Notes under the pieces: generated by a model
The model's database searches: none
What the model was told of the DNA's origin: nothing
The model's input: the letters and a program-made list of their open reading frames with translations, nothing else
In this document: in pieces, positions 45,054 through 58,945 of the stretch
Layout: every line of letters begins with the position of its first letter
How positions within the stretch are numbered: position 1 is the first letter of the stretch
Source: Lama guanicoe
Lineage: Eukaryota
Reading direction: 5' to 3'
DNA: 64,000 nucleotides
NCBI GenBank assembly: GCA_013239625.1
Contig: MU054400.1
Span: 3,136,282-3,200,281 of the forward strand
Program-made: the position numbers and the translations under genes

Positions 45054-48000
45054 AGAGAGGTAAGTGCAGAGATTATGGCCTAATGACCCTGGAGGGGTGG
45101 TGTTGGCTGTGGTAGGGTGGGACATAGCACTGGTCCCAGTAACTGGATGCTGAACTGCCTGTCACTCCACACTCCACATGCCCGTGGCTCCCTAGGGGTG
45201 TGTCTGTATATGGGAACTGAAAGAGGTGACGGATGAGCTAGTTTTGGTTTCAGATGTGGGTGTGTAGTGAATGTGCAGTTACCCTTAGCACTGCCTCACC
45301 TCCCTGGGGAGACTGATGTCTACCATGGATGTCCACCCTTGGAGGGACTTCACTGCCATCGTGTTGCTGAGAAGCTTCTGGTCTACCTCTGGGGAGGTGC
45401 TCTCCAGTGGAACATTCCTCACACACTTCCTTCCTGTCTCTTAGGTTCCTTAGAGGCTCTGGCCCTGCAGCCTCGATCTGCCCAGCCTCACACCAGCAGG
45501 AAATGGAGGTTTGGAAGATCTGAATCCAAAGATTCCTGGCAATTCAGCCAGGCGTCCTTCCACAGAGGAACTCTGGAGAGGTGGGAGATGATCATCGAGG
45601 ATTAGTTACAATGAAGGTGACGCCTCCCCAGCACCTGGACCCTTTGGGAAGGTAAGGCCTTTGCCTCCCAGCTCACCGAGGTCCCTGCCATCTGAGCAGC
45701 CAGAACCCTACACCGTGGTTGGCACTGCAGTGCAGGACCAAGTGTCCATCTCTCCAGATGCTCAGACTTCCCCAGCTTTAGTGCAGCAAACGAAAGTGCA
45801 GCAGGAGCCTGACGGGAGTCGGCGTTCCTGTACTTCCTCCTGGGGGTAGCTGGTGATCAGGCAACACGCTCAGGGAAAGACTGGGGCAGAAGCCATTTGT
45901 ACCCTAACCTGGGAAGGGTATGCATGCTGCATTATTTTTTCCTTATTCCCTGGACATTTGGAGTCAAACAAAACTGACTACACTGAGTTTGAAACTCCCA
46001 GCTAAGAACCAAAGTAAATATATGGAGGCAAATAGGCAATGACTTAATCTGACACAGAAGACATTAATATTTTAAGAGAGACTACAGTCAAAATTTTAAA
46101 TATTAGCCACTGTGATTCTTTCCCTGACATTTTTCCAAAACACTTGTCTGAAACGCAAACCACAGAGGAAAGAAGACGTGACCAAAGCTCCCAGAAAGAG
46201 AAAGGATGGAGCAAAGGGAGCAGCTGAGAGTGGACGCTGTCATCTCTGTCAAGTCAATTAGGAACATTCCAACTACACACACGGCGAAGTGCTCTGGGCA
46301 GCGCCCACAGAGCCTTTCGCATTACGACCAAAAACAATAAACCAGGCTGTGAACCATCCTCGTCAGATGGCTCCACCGAGGCCACCCAGCCATCTCAGAA
46401 CCCTGGGGTGATCTTTTCCCGTCACTAAGTTGACTACAGTCCATGGAACATGAAACGGGATTGACTGACACATCGACTTCCTAAAATCACCATCCTGGGC
46501 AAATGCAGCATTTCCTCTGAATTGTACAAGAAAGCCACTTGACCCCAGGGAGGGTACCATTTTTAGTCCTGAGCTTCTATCTCTAAAAGAAATTCAAGTC
46601 CTAATTCCAACATTTATCCACGAAAAGTTCTACTACTGAATGAAACCCTCAATTTCTTGACTCAGGTTGTAGCGGGAATGAGATGATGTGGAGAACAGAT
46701 CTGGAGCAGCGGGAAGGGGCATGGCTCTAAGTTGAGCTTGGCGATTGCATTTAATGGCTCTTTATTCTATTTCTCTTCCTACAGCTTCACCCTTGGGTAC
46801 CACTGAATGCTGGGCTTACACCATCTTTCTCATCCTTCTCTCCACAGCATCTAACATTCCTGCATCCTAAAAATATCAGCCTCCTTATCTCTCATGACCT
46901 GGGGCTGCATGGGAGCTGGAGGACCCTTGGCAAGGCATGGTGGAGTTAACACTCAAATAGAAGTTGCCAAGACCAACAGTCCAACGTGATCATTTTAACC
47001 ACATAACTGCAGTCTCCCGTGTCATAGTTTGGAATGCAAATAACCCCCCAGCTTGAGAATACCTCCTGCCTGAATTTTTAAGGGGTCTAATTCTCCTCAG
47101 GAGGATAGGCGCTCTCCATCACTGTTAGATACAAGGTTCAGGCAGTATCCAGAGGACCAGTGCTGGTTGCTTAACTGTCATGAGTGAAGCCAGAGCTCAG
47201 ACCTGCTCCCACGTAAGGAACTCCATCGATCGCGGTGTCTGGAGGCGGGTTGCTCCAGCTCTGTGGTTCTATGAATAAACTTCAGCACAGACACCCACAC
47301 TGTCGTCTTTCCCTCTGGATGGCTGAGTGGAAAAGGGCTCCCACTCTCAGCCAAATGCTGTATCCCAAACCATCTTCCCCTGAGTCCAGGTGTATCCATT
47401 ATCTATGGCAATGTTACAAAGTCCCCATGACTTTGTGGCTTAGTGGTTTGTTTTTGCCTGTACCTGCATGGGTCAGCTGTGCGGCCTGTGAATCTGGGCC
47501 AGACTCTGCCCTTCTTAGTCAGGCTGGCTCAGGAGCCTGCAGTCACCCGGCAGGTCATCTGGGGGCTGACTGACCGCGTGTCTGGGGCTTGACTCTCTGA
47601 TCGCTCGCGTGACAGTGGAGATGGAGTGACTGCCCCATGCCCCATGTCCTGCCCAGGGTTGCTTGGTTGGCTGCAGAAGGATTCCATATAAAAGTCTTGG
47701 GGTCCTTTGCTATGTAGCAATCAGAGCATGGAGATCTATACCTTTATTTACAACCATATTAAAGAAAATAAACAGAATGTTTTCCTTATCAGTACATTTC
47801 TTCTCTGCTGCCATCTTTTGAATTGAGCAGGTTCAATGGCAGATAAGGAATGGATGCTCTTTGCACATCTGCCCTTTTCCTCTTTCTCTCTCTCTTGGAC
47901 AAGAAAGCCATGGAAGATCGCTTTCTCTGGCCAGTCTCCTGGGCCTAGGCTGGTTGGTACAAGACCTAAGGGGAAAGAGGCTGTGCCCTTTGTTGGGAAG

Positions 48001-48964
48001 AGCTGCAAAGCCACGTAGACAAGGGCAGGCCTACCAGGTGAGTGGAGAAACGGAGCCGTTTTCGCCCACAATCTGACCCACTAGGCACTCAGGATTTCTC
48101 AGTGCAGGGGAAACCTTCACTCTCCTGAGACGTGACCCTCTTTGTTGTTCCAAGAAGGAGTGAAATTTCTTTCAGGGAATCCTCACCTTCTGATACCAAA
48201 GGGTTAAAGCAAATGCCAGGAACCTTCAGAAAAAATGGTGAACCGCAGTTCAGACCAGTTACCCTGTGGTGCAGAGAAGTTGGGGGCAGGAGGAAGGATG
48301 CCATACCCACAGTGAGGGGCGGAAGGAGCCAGGGACAAAGATGCAATTCCTCATGCTGGCCACGTCTCCACAGTGTCCTCATCCGGGCCCTGGGGTGCTC
48401 CATTCAGCTCCCGCAGCTGGCTGAGGTCCTTATGGCTAGGGGAAGGGGGGTGACTGACACTCTACCCCCCCTTTCCACCTCCAGCTCAGATGCTGTCTGG
48501 GAAAAGAAAAAGGGATGACGGTGTTGGAAAGAGAGAAAAAGAGAGGGGGCAGGGGAACAAGAGATGCCTACTTCCTCTGCTCCCTAACGCCGATCCTCCT
48601 CAACCCGTGTTTAGTAGTAGACTTGCATCCTGACTCTTCCCAGATTCTGAGCAATCAGCCACCTCCATCCTCCCCGTTACTTACTCCTGGGAACTAGAGC
48701 TTCCATGTATGAGGCCACACTCCCACGTGCCGGCTCCCATAGCCAGACACAGGAGGATCACAGGCTACACTTCACACACATGAAGGTGAAGCTGTCAGCT
48801 GGATATTTCTAGTGTCAAGGATGCTGTGGTCCCTTAAGTCATCTTCAGGTCACATCCCATCTCTGTGATAACCAAGATATTGCTTCTAAAATGCCTGAGT
48901 GTTGTTCTCAGTGTGATTACTTTTGGAACATTTTTTTTTCTGTTTTAAGTCAAAAGATCCAATA

Positions 48965-49300
48965 CATTTGTCTCATTCACTTATTCATTCAATCTGCAAT
49001 ATGTTTTGTGCACCTACTATATGCATCAGGAACTGTTCTGGGAGTCAAGGTCTCCGCCTTATAAGAACTTTTGGTTTGACTGGTGAAAGAGATGATAAAA
49101 AATAAGCTAATAGCAATAGTATCAGATAGCTGCTTGAAGGAAAAATAAAGTAGATAGGAGAACTGACTGCGAGGGAAGAAGGACCCATAGCTTGGGTGGC
49201 TGGAGACAGATTCTCTGACACTTGAACAAAGACCTAAAGGAAGTGAGGGAGCAAGTTATGTGACTGTCTGGGGAAGAGAATTCCAGGCAGAGGAAGTGCG
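48965..49300 (-). mobile_element. L2 fragment
   Basis: cattcacttattcattcaa...gcacctactatatgcatcagg...cttgaacaaagacctaaagg...gggaagagaattccaggcagagg. Confidence 0.75.
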
Positions 49301-50289
49301 TCCACTGCTTAGGACCTGCAAAATCACTCAGGAAGGAAAAACTGATGTCTTATGGCCCATATTTCTTCTGCTCTTCAGACATTTCAGGATGGCTAAAGGT
49401 ATTTGAAAATTTCTACAGGTTTATACTTTTGCTAGCGAAACATAGACAAAAGCAAGATAAGACTAGAAAAATGTGTGAAGTATTAAAGGAGGACCTGCCA
49501 CCCCAGCACATTCTCTTTCTGAATGTCTCCCAGTCGATGTAGACAAGGTCCTACTTGTAGTCCTGCAGGAATAAATATCTTTGGAACATAATCCCCTCCC
49601 CCCACCCAAAAAACCAAAACCAGATTTGTGCACTCTGTCTCCACAGCTGTGGTCCATGGGGATCTCAGATAATGGAAGGGCAAACCTGGAGACCCGTCTC
49701 AGCCGTCCAGGCCTCTCCCAAACACCTGCCCAAGGAGAGGCCAAAGGCAAGGGTAGGAGAGGAGGGAGGAAGACCCCCAGACACACAGCCGGCCCTCCTA
49801 AGGGTTCCCACCTCCGTGCCCAGCTGGCCAAGAGCAAGGCCAAGAGCAAAGCCTTCAGCACCACCTGCAGATTGAAGCCCCAAAGAGAGGCAGAAGACCC
49901 TGATGGAATGCATCTAAGAAAAACATAGAACCTCAGCTGGTGCCCAGAGTTGAAGAGATGGAATGGAAATTTCCAGACCCGACCCTCCCAGAAGCTCTCA
50001 AGTCCTTGGGAGAGGTTAGGCTGACAGCATCCAGAAACCAAAGGATTCCAACAGGAGCCTTCACTATTTAACTACAACCGTGCAGTTACACCTGTTTCTC
50101 CCTTTACTCCTCCTCCCATTATAACTCTCCACTGCTTTCTTTCTCTTCTCATTCTCCTTTCTCTTGCTCTATGCTCTATCACCTACCAACAGCTTTTCTT
50201 GCTGATCCACTTCAGTCTCCTCCCTCTCCTCATCATTTAGAAAGTAAATGTAAACAAAACAAAAGTCACAGTTACATAGAAATTCCAAC

Positions 50290-50890
50290 GAAATGGCATT
50301 TTACCATCTTCAACTGTGTTATTTTTTTCCTCCTCCAAATCTGAGGTCACCACGGCACGCTCATTTCCTGCTGGTGGCATCGTCCATCAGTACGAGCCTT
50401 CACAGGGCAGCCGTGTATTATGTAGAAAATGCCACAATGTGTTCCTAGTCACCTGGGGATCACCCTCCCGGGAAAAAGTGCTTAGGAAGTAATTCAATAG
50501 AAGCCGCAAAAAAGACACATGCATACCAATGTCCTTTGTAGTGTCATCGGTAATGACAGAAACTAGAAAACAATGTCAGCATCCAACAATAATTTAATTC
50601 ATTAGCAAACTCTGTTAAAATGACTCAATGGGATACTATGTGTCTATTAAAAATCATAATGATAAACACTAGGTGGAAACATGGAAAACTGTGTTATGTG
50701 AAAAGAACAGAACACAAAATTCTCTGACCTTCTAAGTACAATTATGGGAAGCCAGACTGGAAAAGAATACACCAAAATCAGACTAGTTTTTCTCTCTCAC
50801 TTCAAAGTGGTGAAAATACAGACTTCTCTTTAAAAAATCTTTTAACATTGTGACACTGTTTTCTAACAATAAACATGTAGATAATACCAA
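50290..50890 (+). mobile_element. Old L1 (L1ME-like) 3' region
   Basis: ctcatttcctgctggtggc...gaaactagaaaacaatg...atgggatactatg...attaaaaatcat. Confidence 0.55.
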
Positions 50891-52119
50891 TAAAAATAAT
50901 TACAGAAGCTCTGTCGGGAAGTCCAACATGAGTCAGTGGTAATTCCCCACCAGTAACACCACAAGACATTTGTTTCAGTGTATTTGCCATAGTGATACAT
51001 TTCCCCATCCTTCCCATGTCACCTCCCTCTGAGGTCAAGTTAAGGGTGGGAGACATTTTTTACTGAACCCCAGTGTTTCTGTTTTATATTGGGCAGACCT
51101 GTTACATATCTTCCATGTCATGGTCTCACATCAGCCAGACAAGCTTACCCCTCATCACATCCTAAATGGCACCTGCTACAGCAGGACCAGTCTGTTCTAT
51201 TCCATCAGCCACCTTGGCCACCTGCTAGACCCACCTCCGTCATGGAAAGCCGTGAGCATCTGGGGTACCATTTCTCTTCTCCTCCATCTTCAAATCTTGC
51301 CTTCCTTCTGAGCCCATAACACCTCTCCTGACCTCTCAACCCTCCATGATCTCTTGAAATTTCAAATTCCTCTGACACTGATCATCTTTACCACATAATT
51401 CATATTACATCCTTGTTTCACAACTTATCCTCATCCATCCAACATTCCTGAAAAATCCTTGATGGCAGGAGCTGTGTTGACGCTTGACCTTCAAGCCAAG
51501 CTCCTCACACTTAAGCCCTGAATGAGATACTGTTTATCGAGTGATCAATAATGAATGAGGGATAAGGGAGCGTACGGGAAGTGAGGAATAGATTTCCATA
51601 TCTGTTCTGCATCTCATCACGTGTCGGACACATTCAAGTGCCCACACCAGTCCTCATTGACTATTGTGAAATGCGTGTGGATATCCATAAACATGAACCC
51701 CTCTCGGCTTATTTTCAAAAACCTATGAACCAGCACAGATGAATATGTATTACTGATCGGGTCAGTGCTGATTTGTAGGATGTTCTAGAGTAGATTAAAA
51801 GCTATAGGAAATGTTATGAATAACCTAATTTTCCTGCGGAGTAAATTTGTAGATTTAATGCTGCGGTTATAAAGGACAGCATGAAGAGGTTTTTTTTTTT
51901 TTTTTTTTGCAAATTCATGCTTTGAGTAATTTTAGCTGACAGATTAAACCGTGAAAAGATCTGAGTTGGAATTTCTTAATAGAACACTTAAGCATGAATA
52001 TTAAGTGAACCATATTTGTGACTTCTCAAAAAGCAGAGTGTTAACGGATTCCTAAATGGGAAATTTATGCAGATTCATAAATCACTGACTATGTGAAAGG
52101 CAAACATGATCAGGTGAAA

Positions 52120-52360
52120 AGAAACAGAGCTGCAGAGTCAGGAAGGTTGGAGTTCAAAATTCAGTCTTCTATGCGACCTTGAGGAAGTGACTTCACCTGC
52201 CTGTGCTTAAAATGCCTTGTCTGAGAACAGCCCGAGATTGCCACCTTCACAACAGTACTTAGAAGATTAAATAGTATTGAATGTGCAAAGCGCTTAGCAC
52301 AGGTCCAAGTATGTGGAAAGCAGTCCATAAAAGATATGTATTATGACTGTTCTTATTATT
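52120..52360 (+). mobile_element. MIR SINE
   Basis: gagtcaggaagg...gcgaccttgaggaagtgacttcacct...gaagattaaatag...tgtgcaaagcgcttagcacagg. Confidence 0.75.
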
Positions 52361-53289
52361 TTTGAATTATTCTCATTTTATCGTAGAGGAATGCCATCAC
52401 AAAATTATTATTCTTAGCACATCAGACCTGCACCACACTTTAAATGAAGCATATGAACATTTTCAGCAGGACAGAGCAAAGACAATTTCTATAAACCCTC
52501 TTGATATAACAAACTCTGGCTAATGCCACCCATGGCAGCCAACACAACTCTATTAGTAACAAAGAGCCTTAATGGAGCAATGCCACAGCAAGAAAACCTT
52601 TTTTTTTTTTTTCAAGAAATCATAAGTATTATTGATCTCTTTTTTTTCCTCTCTCTTCCTCAAGAAAGCTAACTGGAAGCTTGTCCGATCCTAATGGACC
52701 AGTGGCGAAAGAGAGGGCATTGCTTTCTCTGAATCAGTCGGAGAAGGCTGATCTCCACATGTCAGCCATAAACAGAACTTTCTCTCCCTGCTCAGCGAAC
52801 CTCTTAAATGACTGGGCTCGGTCCCTGAGCGCAGTCTCTTACGTTGGTCCTTAATACACCACCTGGAAAAATATTCAGCTTTAATTCAGCTTGACAGTCT
52901 CCAAATACAACATTGCTGAAGAGGCAAAGATGGAGTTTGTTTTCAATGTGAGAGAAAATGGCAATTAGGTGGGGAAGGAAACTGTTCAAGAATGCAGTTT
53001 CCCATGGGTGATGCTTTTGGAGGCGACTCATGAGAAAGAGAGGCAGAGAAGAAAGCAGAGAAATGTTTCTCTGAAATCTTCTTGGAAGCAGAGAATTCCT
53101 CTCTGAACCAAAGAAATCCTGAAGGTAGAAGAAAATGATATAGGGCGTTCTATATGACTATTGTAATCATGATGGTAATTTTATAACTGCACACAGCAGA
53201 GCAATGCTTAATCTTTTCATTTTCAAAGGAAATTATTCAAAATATTTCAAGTGAAATGCTTCATATCTCACTTTTATCACAAATAGACC

Positions 53290-53620
53290 AGAAAACTATC
53301 TCGAAAGCCTTGCGTGACCCCACAGTGACCAAACCTAATGGCCCCTTCTCACGCCCTCTGGTCCTCTCAGGACTTTCTGACGCTTCTCTCCTCACCGGTG
53401 CTCGCTTCCTCCTTGGGTTGCAGACTTTCCTTGTCTCTTCAGACCTCTCTCGTCCTGCTCCTGCCTCCCCAGTGTGCAAATCCTCACAAAGTGCAAACCT
53501 CTCTGCTCGATTCCTTGAGAGACGCATTCACCTGTGCACCAGTGATCAGTGTGATGGAGGAGATCCCCAGAGCCACCGCTCAAGTCCCCTTCTCCTCTGA
53601 GCATCAATTCTGCTTCTGGA
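53290..53620 (+). mobile_element. L2 internal fragment
   Basis: gtgaccccacagtgaccaaacctaatggccccttctca...cttcctccttgggttgcagac. Confidence 0.5.
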
Positions 53621-55029
53621 CTGGCTTCCTGGAGAAGGTAGGGTTTGAATGGGGTCTGAAGGTTGAGCAGATTCAAATAGTCAAAGAAGTGGTGTTTAGA
53701 AAGGAGCATTGCTGGTGTAATGATGACCACAGGCAGAGTGCAGAGATGCACAAGGGATGTTTGGATGACAACAAAGGTCTCCGAGGAATTCTTACCCTTT
53801 CAGAAGACTTTCAGGAAGAGGACGTTTGCATCATCCAGGGCCTTCTGTTTTTTAAATGCCTGGGGGCACTTTCTCATGCTTACTACCCAAAGTTTAAAAA
53901 TAAGTCAAAGGACAAAGCCTTCCTTCCCCTTTAACTCTAGTGGCATCAAAAAGAATGTCCCAGCTCCCTAGAGGCCGCATTTCCAAAAGTCTCATCTCCC
54001 CCAGACACCACCACCCCCCTTACCCAGCTTCACCAGAAATGCCCTTGGGCACAGGAGGGGATCTGATGAGATTTGCTCTGCTCTTCAATTCTGATGCAGT
54101 GGTTTCACTCCTACTGAATTCAACAGCTGGGCTTTGAACTTTTTCTTCAAAGGAAGATCACCTCACCACTCTCAGCATTTTGATCCCTTGGCTTCCTCTT
54201 TTCACAGAAAAGAAAGCAAAAGCAGTACATGGAAGTTTGAGTGAGCTGTCCAAATTACCATTCATATCTCCTGACACCTGTCCCATGACTCACTACACGA
54301 TCTTTGATGCAGGGTCTGCAGGAGACAGACTGATTTTTAATATGTTAATGAAAGAAAGGAAAACCACACCATGCATTTGGTGAACTCCTCGTTCCATTAC
54401 ATGGTCTAAAGGTGGTCAGTACTCTTCTGAGACAGAAAGATAACTTAACAACTGGATGAGTTCTCCCACTGGGCCATCCTGAGTCTAGTATCAAAACCAG
54501 AAATAATCTAACCTTCCTAACCCACCTTTTTTTGCAAAAATACCTTAACTCCAAAGAGAGACGTCATCTAGTATATGTTTTGCAGCCCATGAGAAGATGC
54601 ATCACATTATGTCATATGCCCACATGCAGAATTACAAAAATCATCACTCTTGGCAACCGCCAACTGTTGAATGTATTTCAGAGGTCAATGGCTTAGATCG
54701 GAAGTTTTGCTCTTCATCTTCCTATAAGCCCATCTCTGAATGTATGAACTTAGGCCCCACCTATTTCATTTCACAAAATATTTTTTAAGGATATTAATAG
54801 ATTCCATGGTCAAAGATTAGAACACAAGCACTGTTTGTCTACCTAAGATGCTATGTTCTCCAATTTGCTTTGGATTATATTTAGTGTGTATGTCATAACT
54901 CTTATTTCAAAAGCCCTTTTTTTTCCCCATCTGCATTTACAAGTATTTTAGCATCTTTCTTTACCAAAAGGTGCTTTAATACTCACAGTAAAAGTTTAAT
55001 CCATAGGCTAGTTACAAACTTGAAATCTA

Positions 55030-57605
55030 CGGACATCTGCTTTAGATTAAGATGGTAACAGTTCCAAAACTAACTAGGAAATCAGATAAAATACTAAAAC
55101 ATTTACTTGAGATTTTGGAGACCTGCCAAGGTAACCAGGACTTGACAGTGCAAGAGTGTAGAGAGAAGGGAAATGTACGGAGGTGAGCTGACCTTCTGTG
55201 GGTTGCTTTTCCTCTCGGGACATTTGCTAAGCTTTGTCTTTATGATGAGTTAGAATCTGAGAAACTGGGTGGAGGACTATGGCTAAGAGATAAGAAAGCC
55301 ACTAGGACACTGGGAATCTCACAGGGATGGGGGGGGGGACAAAAAACACTACAGTTTGGAGCTACCTGGTAGGCAGAGTGACCAAAACTCTGGAGAGAAG
55401 GGAACACAGGGATGAATTCTTAACTTTCTCAGAACAGAGACTGAAAAATTCAGCAGAAAATTCCTGAAAACACTATCGGAGTTTTCAATAATCTGACGGG
55501 CTGCTAAGACAAAAAGTATAGGTTAGGAACACACACCCAAAAGGTGGCCATAGTAAGCATCTCAGGCTTTTATCTCTAGGAGCAGGGATGAACAAGGGAG
55601 TAGGTGGAGCCTCAGCAAACCTGCAGCCCAGCCTTTGAGTCAGCCTTGTGCCTGATCAGATTAAGAGAATTGGGACCCCAGTCAAGCTGCCAATCATACA
55701 GTATGGTGAACCCTCTCTAGAAGATGCTATCATTATCCTGAATCTCTGTAGTTTTCCTGCACGATGTCTAGCATTCAACCAAAAACTACCAGGCATACCA
55801 AAAAAGAAAAACAAGATTATAAAAACAGAAAATAGGAACAAATCTACACCTGCCCCAGTTATTGGAACTATCCAGACACAGATTTTTAAAATAACTATGA
55901 TTAACAAATTTTTTAAAATATGGGATAACATGAGAATTTCACCAGAGAACAGTAATATATTTTTCATGATTGAAATTAAGAGTGCAATAGATATGTTTAC
56001 AGTGGTTTGACTACAATAAAAGAGAGGACTGATGAACTGAAAGACTGGTTAGTATAAGATATCCAGGCTGAGTTACAAATTGCAAAACAAATAGGAATAC
56101 AAAAAAGAGCACTGGCAAAACATGATGGACTTTGAAAAGATAAGACACATCTATAATTGAGTCCCAGAGGGGATGATAGATTGTGAAAGAAAATATATTT
56201 AAATAGATAACAGCTGAGAATGTTCTGAAAGTTCTGAAATATGCTAAATAGTTTAAAGAAATGCTACAATCACAAACCAGGATTAATATAATAAAACCAG
56301 AACTAAGCACATCAGAGTAAAACCAGGGAAGAACAAAGGGAAAGAGAAGATCTTAAAAGGAGCCAGAGGGAAAACGACACATCACTTTCAAAGGAGTGAA
56401 AATAAGATTGATAGTCAGGTTTTCAGTAGAAAAGTATAGAAGCCAGAGAATCATGGAATACTACCTTTTAGCACTGACAAAAAAATACCTGCAAATCTAG
56501 ACATTCATACACAATGAAAATATCCCTCAAAAGTGAAGACAAAATAAAAGATTTTTCAGACACACAAAAGTTGACAGTGTTAATCACCAATAGACCTGCA
56601 TTAAAAGATATACTAAAGGGAATTCTTAGGCAGAAGGAAAAACTGATCCCAGATGGAAAAAAGGACATAATGCAGGAAGGAGCAAAGAACATCAGAAAAG
56701 GTAAACATTTAGGAAAAATAAAATGAATATTGACAGTAACACCAACGTTAATAATGTCTTGTGGAGCTTAAATATATAGAGTATATATTATACTTAATAT
56801 AAATATTGTTTATAATATGTAAAATATGTATTATTTAGTAAGTTTACTATGTACTAGGTTACTATATGAAAATCAGTTGTGGAATGCAAATTAAAATACC
56901 ATTACATATCCATCAATTTCTGAAGTAGAGCAAATATGAGTATTTGAAATGTTGGCAATGATATAAGTCAGTACTAATTCTGGGACTGTAAATTTGTACA
57001 ACTACTTTAAAAAACTGATTAGCAGTATCTAATGATGCTTAATATATCTATACTTAATGCACCAGCAATTCTACTCCTACATATATAAACACAATAGTAA
57101 TGCACCCAGATGTGCATCCTCCTTCCCCCCAAAACAAAACATGTATACAAATGCTTACAGTAGCATCACTGCAATAGCCAAAAACTAGAAACTGCCTGTT
57201 TGTCTATCAACAGTAGAATAGATAAATAAATTGTAATGCATTGATACATGGAATATTATGCAACCATGAAAATATATGACCCAGTTCTATGCAGTTGAAT
57301 GCCACAAATAAAACACTAAATGAGAGAGGCCACACACACAAATCAAATATTCCATGGTTCCACTTGTATACATTTTTTAAAAAGGCGAAAAAACCTTTGG
57401 TGATGAAAGTCAGAATAATGGTTACATTTGGGGATGGTGATTTCTGGGAGATATCGCAAGGAAGGCTTCTCAGGTGTTGGCAATGTTCTGTATTTGAGTT
57501 GGGTGGCAGTTAAATGGGTGTGGCATCTTTGCAAAAATGTGTTGAGCTGTATGTTTATGATCTGTGCACTTTTGTCTATAAGCCCTATGCTTCAATAAAA
57601 ATTTG
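55030..57605 (+). mobile_element. Old L1M-type element with 5' UTR, ORF1 remnant and 3' end but no ORF2 body (HAL1-like or internally deleted L1)
   Basis: L1 5' start (attaagatgg); ORF1 C-terminus KISLKSEDKIKDFSDTQKL...TNRPALKDILKGIL (56514-56726); L1ME-type 3' end finishing tgtctataagccctatgcttcaataaaa. Confidence 0.75.
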
Positions 57606-57639
57606 TCAATTACATCTTTAAGGATAACTATTCCTTCAT

Positions 57640-58315
57640 AAATTGGTGAAATCACAATGGAAAACAGTATGGAGCTTCATCAAAAAACTAAAAATAGAAC
57701 TACCATATGATCCAGCAATTCCACTCCTGTGTATATATCCAAAGAAAACTTTAATTCAAAAAGATACATGCATCTCAATGTTTATAACAGCATTATTTAC
57801 AACAGCCAAGATATGGAAGGAACCTAAGTATCTATCAACAGATGCATAAGATAAAGATGTGGCATATATATATACACTGGAATATTACTCAGTCATTAAA
57901 AAGAATGAAATCTTGCCATTTGCCACACTGGGGATGGACCTAGAAAGTGCTATGCTTAGTGAAGTAAGTCAGACAGAGAAAGTCAAATATTCTGTTATCA
58001 CTTATATGTGGAATCTAAGAAATAAAACAAACAAATGTATTTAATAAAACAGAAGCAAACACACAGATATGGAGAACAAATTAGTGGTTACCAATGGAGG
58101 GAGGGAAGTAGAGAGGGGTAAAATAGGGGTATAAGATTAAGAGATACAAACTAGTGAGTATAAAATAGATAAGCAACAAGGATACATCAAAGGGAATACA
58201 GCCATTGCTGTGTAATAATGTTAAATGGAGTACAACCTATAAAAATATTTAATCATTATGCTGTACACCCAGAATTTATATAATATTATAAATCGACTTT
58301 ACCTCAATTTAAAAT
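57640..58315 (+). mobile_element. 5'-truncated L1 (ORF2 end plus 3' UTR)
   Basis: [24 protein letters not shown]...; followed by an L1 3' UTR. Confidence 0.9.
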
Positions 58316-58699
58316 AACCCACTCCTTTAGTGAATGCCTTCTATGCACAAGAGATTCTGCTAAGATTTATGGAAAATGCGTGACATTCTGAGTGGAAGAG
58401 GTTAATAAGCTGGCTGGGAAAGCATAGGCATGTACAAATATGAATTATAACACAGAAATGTGGGAGAAGTGAATGGACGGCAGCAATCAGAGCTGTGACC
58501 GTGTGGAGGCTGTGGAAATCGAAGGACCCATGTGAATTCTGAGTCTCCATCCTTTCTGTAAGATGTCTAGAAGCTATGCAGAGAGAGTTGTCTCATGGTC
58601 CACCCTCAAGTTCCTGTAAGTGGATTCCCTCAGTCCATTGGGGTCTTCCTTTCCCCACTGTTGGCTGGGACACGGTTTATCACCCTCTTTGAAAAGGCA

Positions 58700-58945
58700 A
58701 GGGTGACAAAGAGCCTGGGGTCAGAAACCAAACCAGCTGGATTCAAATCCTGGCTCCACCTCTCACAAAGTGTAAGGCTTTGGGCCAATTAGTTAGTTGC
58801 CTCTCTGAGACGATACAAAGGAGGTGACAGGAGTCCCTAACCTTCAGCCTAGCCGTGAGCATAAAATGATTCCATGCAGGAAAATTCCTTATCAAAGCAT
58901 TTGGCCCATAGTATATTCTTAAGGAAGCATTAGCTACTGCTCATC
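58700..58945 (+). mobile_element. MIR SINE
   Basis: ctggattcaaatcctggctccacctctcac...ttgggcc...cctctctgag. Confidence 0.7.

Noticed and set aside
49581..49928. Lys/Ala-rich ORF reminiscent of the RPL29 tail, and the overlapping 192-aa minus-strand ORF
   Set aside because: No RPL29 N-terminal MAKSKNHT motif, no poly(A) or TSD, and non-ATG starts; low-complexity chance similarity.
53338..53934. Longest ORF in the window (198 aa)
   Set aside because: It overlaps decayed L2 sequence, has no recognisable domain and has no supporting gene structure.
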